Positions 61,723 through 64,000 of a stretch of 64,000 nt of DNA are shown in pieces. The translations under genes were made by a program, and so were the position numbers. The notes under the pieces are model-generated. The model was given only the letters and a program-made list of their open reading frames with translations. It made no database searches and was not told where the DNA came from. Source of the stretch: Marinomonas sp. (GTDB taxonomy: Bacteria; Pseudomonadota; Gammaproteobacteria; Pseudomonadales; Marinomonadaceae); NCBI GenBank assembly GCA_052107635.1, contig JBQEFB010000020.1, positions 330-64,329 of the forward strand, read 5' to 3'. How positions within the stretch are numbered: the stretch's first letter is position 1; each line of letters opens with the position of its first letter.

Positions 61723-62937
61723 TCAGGAGCATGACACATTATGTGGTTTCGGACTCGCTAGCCAACCTAAAACCATTAATAGAAACCCGATTATTAATAA
61801 TACATAGAGTGGCGCGCTCCATGAGTGATGCCAATCATGGAGTACCCCAATCAATACTGGCCCTAATGCAGCAAAGGTATAGCCGATTAGTTGTGACATA
61901 CCTGATAACGCCGCCGCCTGTTTTGGGCTGTTTGTTCGTAGGCTAATAAATGATAGACCCATAATGAAACTCATGCTGACACCAAACCCAAAGCACACGG
62001 CCCAAAGACCAGACCAACTCGGTACATATAAAAAACCAAACAAGCTAAGCCAGCTTAAACTCGTCGCCAACAAACATAATCGGCGATGGCTGCCTAAACG
62101 ATTGATAAACGGAGCTAGTATTAAAGAGGGTAAAGCACCTGCCAGCTGTAGGTACCCTTGATACAAGCCTGCAGTTGAGTCAGCGTAGTGGTAACTCACC
62201 AAAATAGAAGGCATCCAAGCGACGACAATATAATTAAGCAAAGAGTTGATCGCGAGAAAACCAGCCACTTGCCAAGCAATGACGGATCGCCACAGAGCAG
62301 ACGGAACATCGGGACTATTTACTTGTGGCGTATGGTGTTGGGTGATTCTACAGGTAAACCAAATGATTAATGGCAATAGAATAATAGCGCCTTGGCATGC
62401 TAGAGCAAATGCCCAACCACTCATCGGTAATGCAAAGCTTGGTTGCTCGGCAAAGAGGCTTAATGGCACGGCAAAGCTAGACATAACAAAACCGCCAATG
62501 CTCATCATTAGGACATACATAGCGGTTAATTGAACAATGTGATTAGGAAATTCGCGTTTTAATAAACTGGGAAGTAAAACATTACCAATGGCAATACCTG
62601 CTCCAATCAGTATTGCTCCGATATATAAGGTACTAATTGAGCCTAGCGATCTTATCAACATACCTAGTGCGATTAACCCCACGCCAGTGGCTAAAATTCG
62701 CTCAATTTTAAAGTGTCTGGTCAGCCATGATGCAACAGGAGCAAACAGTGCAAATATCAGCAGAGGTAAACTAGTTAGTAAACCAGACTGCCAATTAGAA
62801 AGTTGTAAGTCGTCACTAATACGGTCTAATAAAGGAGGCAATCCCGTAACAGGGCCACGTAAATTGAGCGCGATAAGAAAGATGAATATCAGCAAATAGA
62901 ATGCATCATGTTGCGCGAGACGGCGTAAGGTATTCAT
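61723..62937 (-). CDS. MFS transporter (CynX/YeaN-like)
   Basis: 404 aa with 12 predicted TM helices. The N-terminal LNLRGPVTGLPPLL pattern resembles cyanate-permease-type MFS proteins. Confidence 0.65.
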   Translation of the reverse strand: MNTLRRLAQHDAFYLLIFIFLIALNLRGPVTGLPPLLDRISDDLQLSNWQSGLLTSLPLLIFALFAPVASWLTRHFKIERILATGVGLIALGMLIRSLGSISTLYIGAILIGAGIAIGNVLLPSLLKREFPNHIVQLTAMYVLMMSIGGFVMSSFAVPLSLFAEQPSFALPMSGWAFALACQGAIILLPLIIWFTCRITQHHTPQVNSPDVPSALWRSVIAWQVAGFLAINSLLNYIVVAWMPSILVSYHYADSTAGLYQGYLQLAGALPSLILAPFINRLGSHRRLCLLATSLSWLSLFGFLYVPSWSGLWAVCFGFGVSMSFIMGLSFISLRTNSPKQAAALSGMSQLIGYTFAALGPVLIGVLHDWHHSWSAPLYVLLIIGFLLMVLGWLASPKPHNVSCS

Positions 62938-63233
62938 AGTGTAAGACCAAATATTTAAATAGTTAAGAGTGTGGTTATTAGGAATTATTCAGTTAGAAAG
63001 ATAATGTTTTATTTTTCTAATAAGCCTATTTATCAAGCAAGCAGGCTTAATATCTCAGCAGAGTTTAAAAAGCGTTTAATGATTCAGTTTTTTAGTGGGT
63101 AAACTTTAACATACAACCATTCTTAAATAATGATTAATACATCGAGACTATAGAAATTACGAAACAATATTTAAAAAGGTTTTTATTTGTTTTTGAGAAA
63201 TTTCTCTATCTACAGCGCTTTTGACAGCATTAT

Positions 63234-64000
63234 TGGACTTCCCAGAGTTTGCTAGACAGTAGGAACTTCTAAAAAATACTTTTCTTCGAACTTAGCAGGT
63301 GACACACCGCCTGTATGCGAATGCCGTTTTATCGGATTGTAGAACATCTCAATAAAATTAAATATCTCACCTTTCGCTTCTTCTCGTGTCGAGTATATCT
63401 TTCGTTTTGTCACTCTCTTCTTAAAGGTGGCAAAAAAGCTTTCTGCCACCGCATTATCATGGCAATTGCCTCGACGACTCATTGATGGCGCTAAGTTATG
63501 AGCTTTCATAAAAGCGAGATAGTCAGAGCTCGCATATTGGCTACCCTGATCGCTGTGTACCAGCACTTCACCTTTAGGTTTACGCTGCCAAATGGCCATT
63601 AGTAGAGCATTAATGACCAGATGACGATCCATCATTTTATCCATTGACCATCCAACAACACGTCGGGAAAATAAGTCGATAACAGTCGCGACGTACAAAA
63701 AACCTTCATGGGTCCTAACGTAGGTGATATCACTTACCCACGCTTTATTAGGGGCATCAGGATTAAACTGACGCTTCAATATGTTGTCAGCAATCTTGCC
63801 TACTTTACCGCCTTGGATATGGCGACGTTTATAGCCAATCTGGGCCTTAATTTTGTTATTACGCATGATCTTGGCAACACGATGTACGCTACAGGATTCT
63901 CCCTCATCCCGAAGGTCACGATGTATCCATGGGCTTCCATAGGTCCCACCGCTAGCGATGTGGCATTCACGTATTCGTTCTAACAGTCGCAGATCTTCAA
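63234..64000 (-). mobile_element. IS3-family insertion sequence, right-hand part (runs off the window end)
   Basis: Contains the orfB/integrase-core ORF. The proposed terminus TGGACTTCCCAGAGTTTGCTAGACAG at 63234 resembles IS3-group inverted repeats (TG...CCCAG...GGACA-type, from memory). The orfB stop lies inside it. Confidence 0.7.
63252..64000 (-). CDS. IS3-family transposase OrfB (DDE/rve integrase core); N-terminus lies outside the window
   Basis: The frame stays open to base 64000 (..EDLRLLERIRECHIASGGTYGSPWIHRDLRDEGESCSVHRVAKIMRNN..). Core motifs WVSDITYV, HSDQGSQYAS and NCHDNAVAESFF. Confidence 0.9.
   Translation of the reverse strand, partial: EDLRLLERIRECHIASGGTYGSPWIHRDLRDEGESCSVHRVAKIMRNNKIKAQIGYKRRHIQGGKVGKIADNILKRQFNPDAPNKAWVSDITYVRTHEGFLYVATVIDLFSRRVVGWSMDKMMDRHLVINALLMAIWQRKPKGEVLVHSDQGSQYASSDYLAFMKAHNLAPSMSRRGNCHDNAVAESFFATFKKRVTKRKIYSTREEAKGEIFNFIEMFYNPIKRHSHTGGVSPAKFEEKYFLEVPTV

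Overview
The window is a 64-kb chromosomal segment of a moderately AT-rich gammaproteobacterium. No rRNA, tRNA, CRISPR array or recognisable defence or phage module was seen. Most of it is core backbone, and the gene order parallels the Pseudomonas/Oceanospirillales-type backbone: mnmG(gidA)-rsmG-parAB-atpIBEFHAGDC, then phoU, phoR-phoB-ubiA-ubiC, recG-oxyR and ridA-spoT-rpoZ-gmk. Blocks with other functions lie between these anchors:
- an RND efflux tail plus outer-membrane factor
- a TetR/AcuI-like pair and an AraC/alcohol dehydrogenase pair
- a csdA-csdE/tcdA sulfur-relay locus with a MocR-type regulator
- aspC, uvrD, putA and qor
- a degenerate sensor-kinase operon divergent from cysZ plus a response regulator
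- aapJQMP and lrp

The right end (about 59.1-64 kb) looks accessory. An IS30-family transposase relic and a partial IS3-family element bracket an LTA-synthase/sulfatase-family membrane gene and a CynX-like MFS gene.

I found no clear-cut new multi-gene system. The observations most worth follow-up are:
1. putA is split exactly at a domain boundary into a PRODH-P5CDH cistron and a separately initiated C-terminal-domain cistron.
2. A membrane sensor kinase has lost both the phospho-acceptor His and the N-box Asn, and is co-operonic with a small periplasmic protein resembling a molybdopterin-oxidoreductase fold.
3. The 778-bp AT-rich gap upstream of gidA carries DnaA boxes and is a candidate oriC.
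4. cysZ is translationally coupled to a CheY-like protein with an unassigned C-terminal domain.

All functional calls rest on reading the supplied translations against remembered family motifs. No database search was run.
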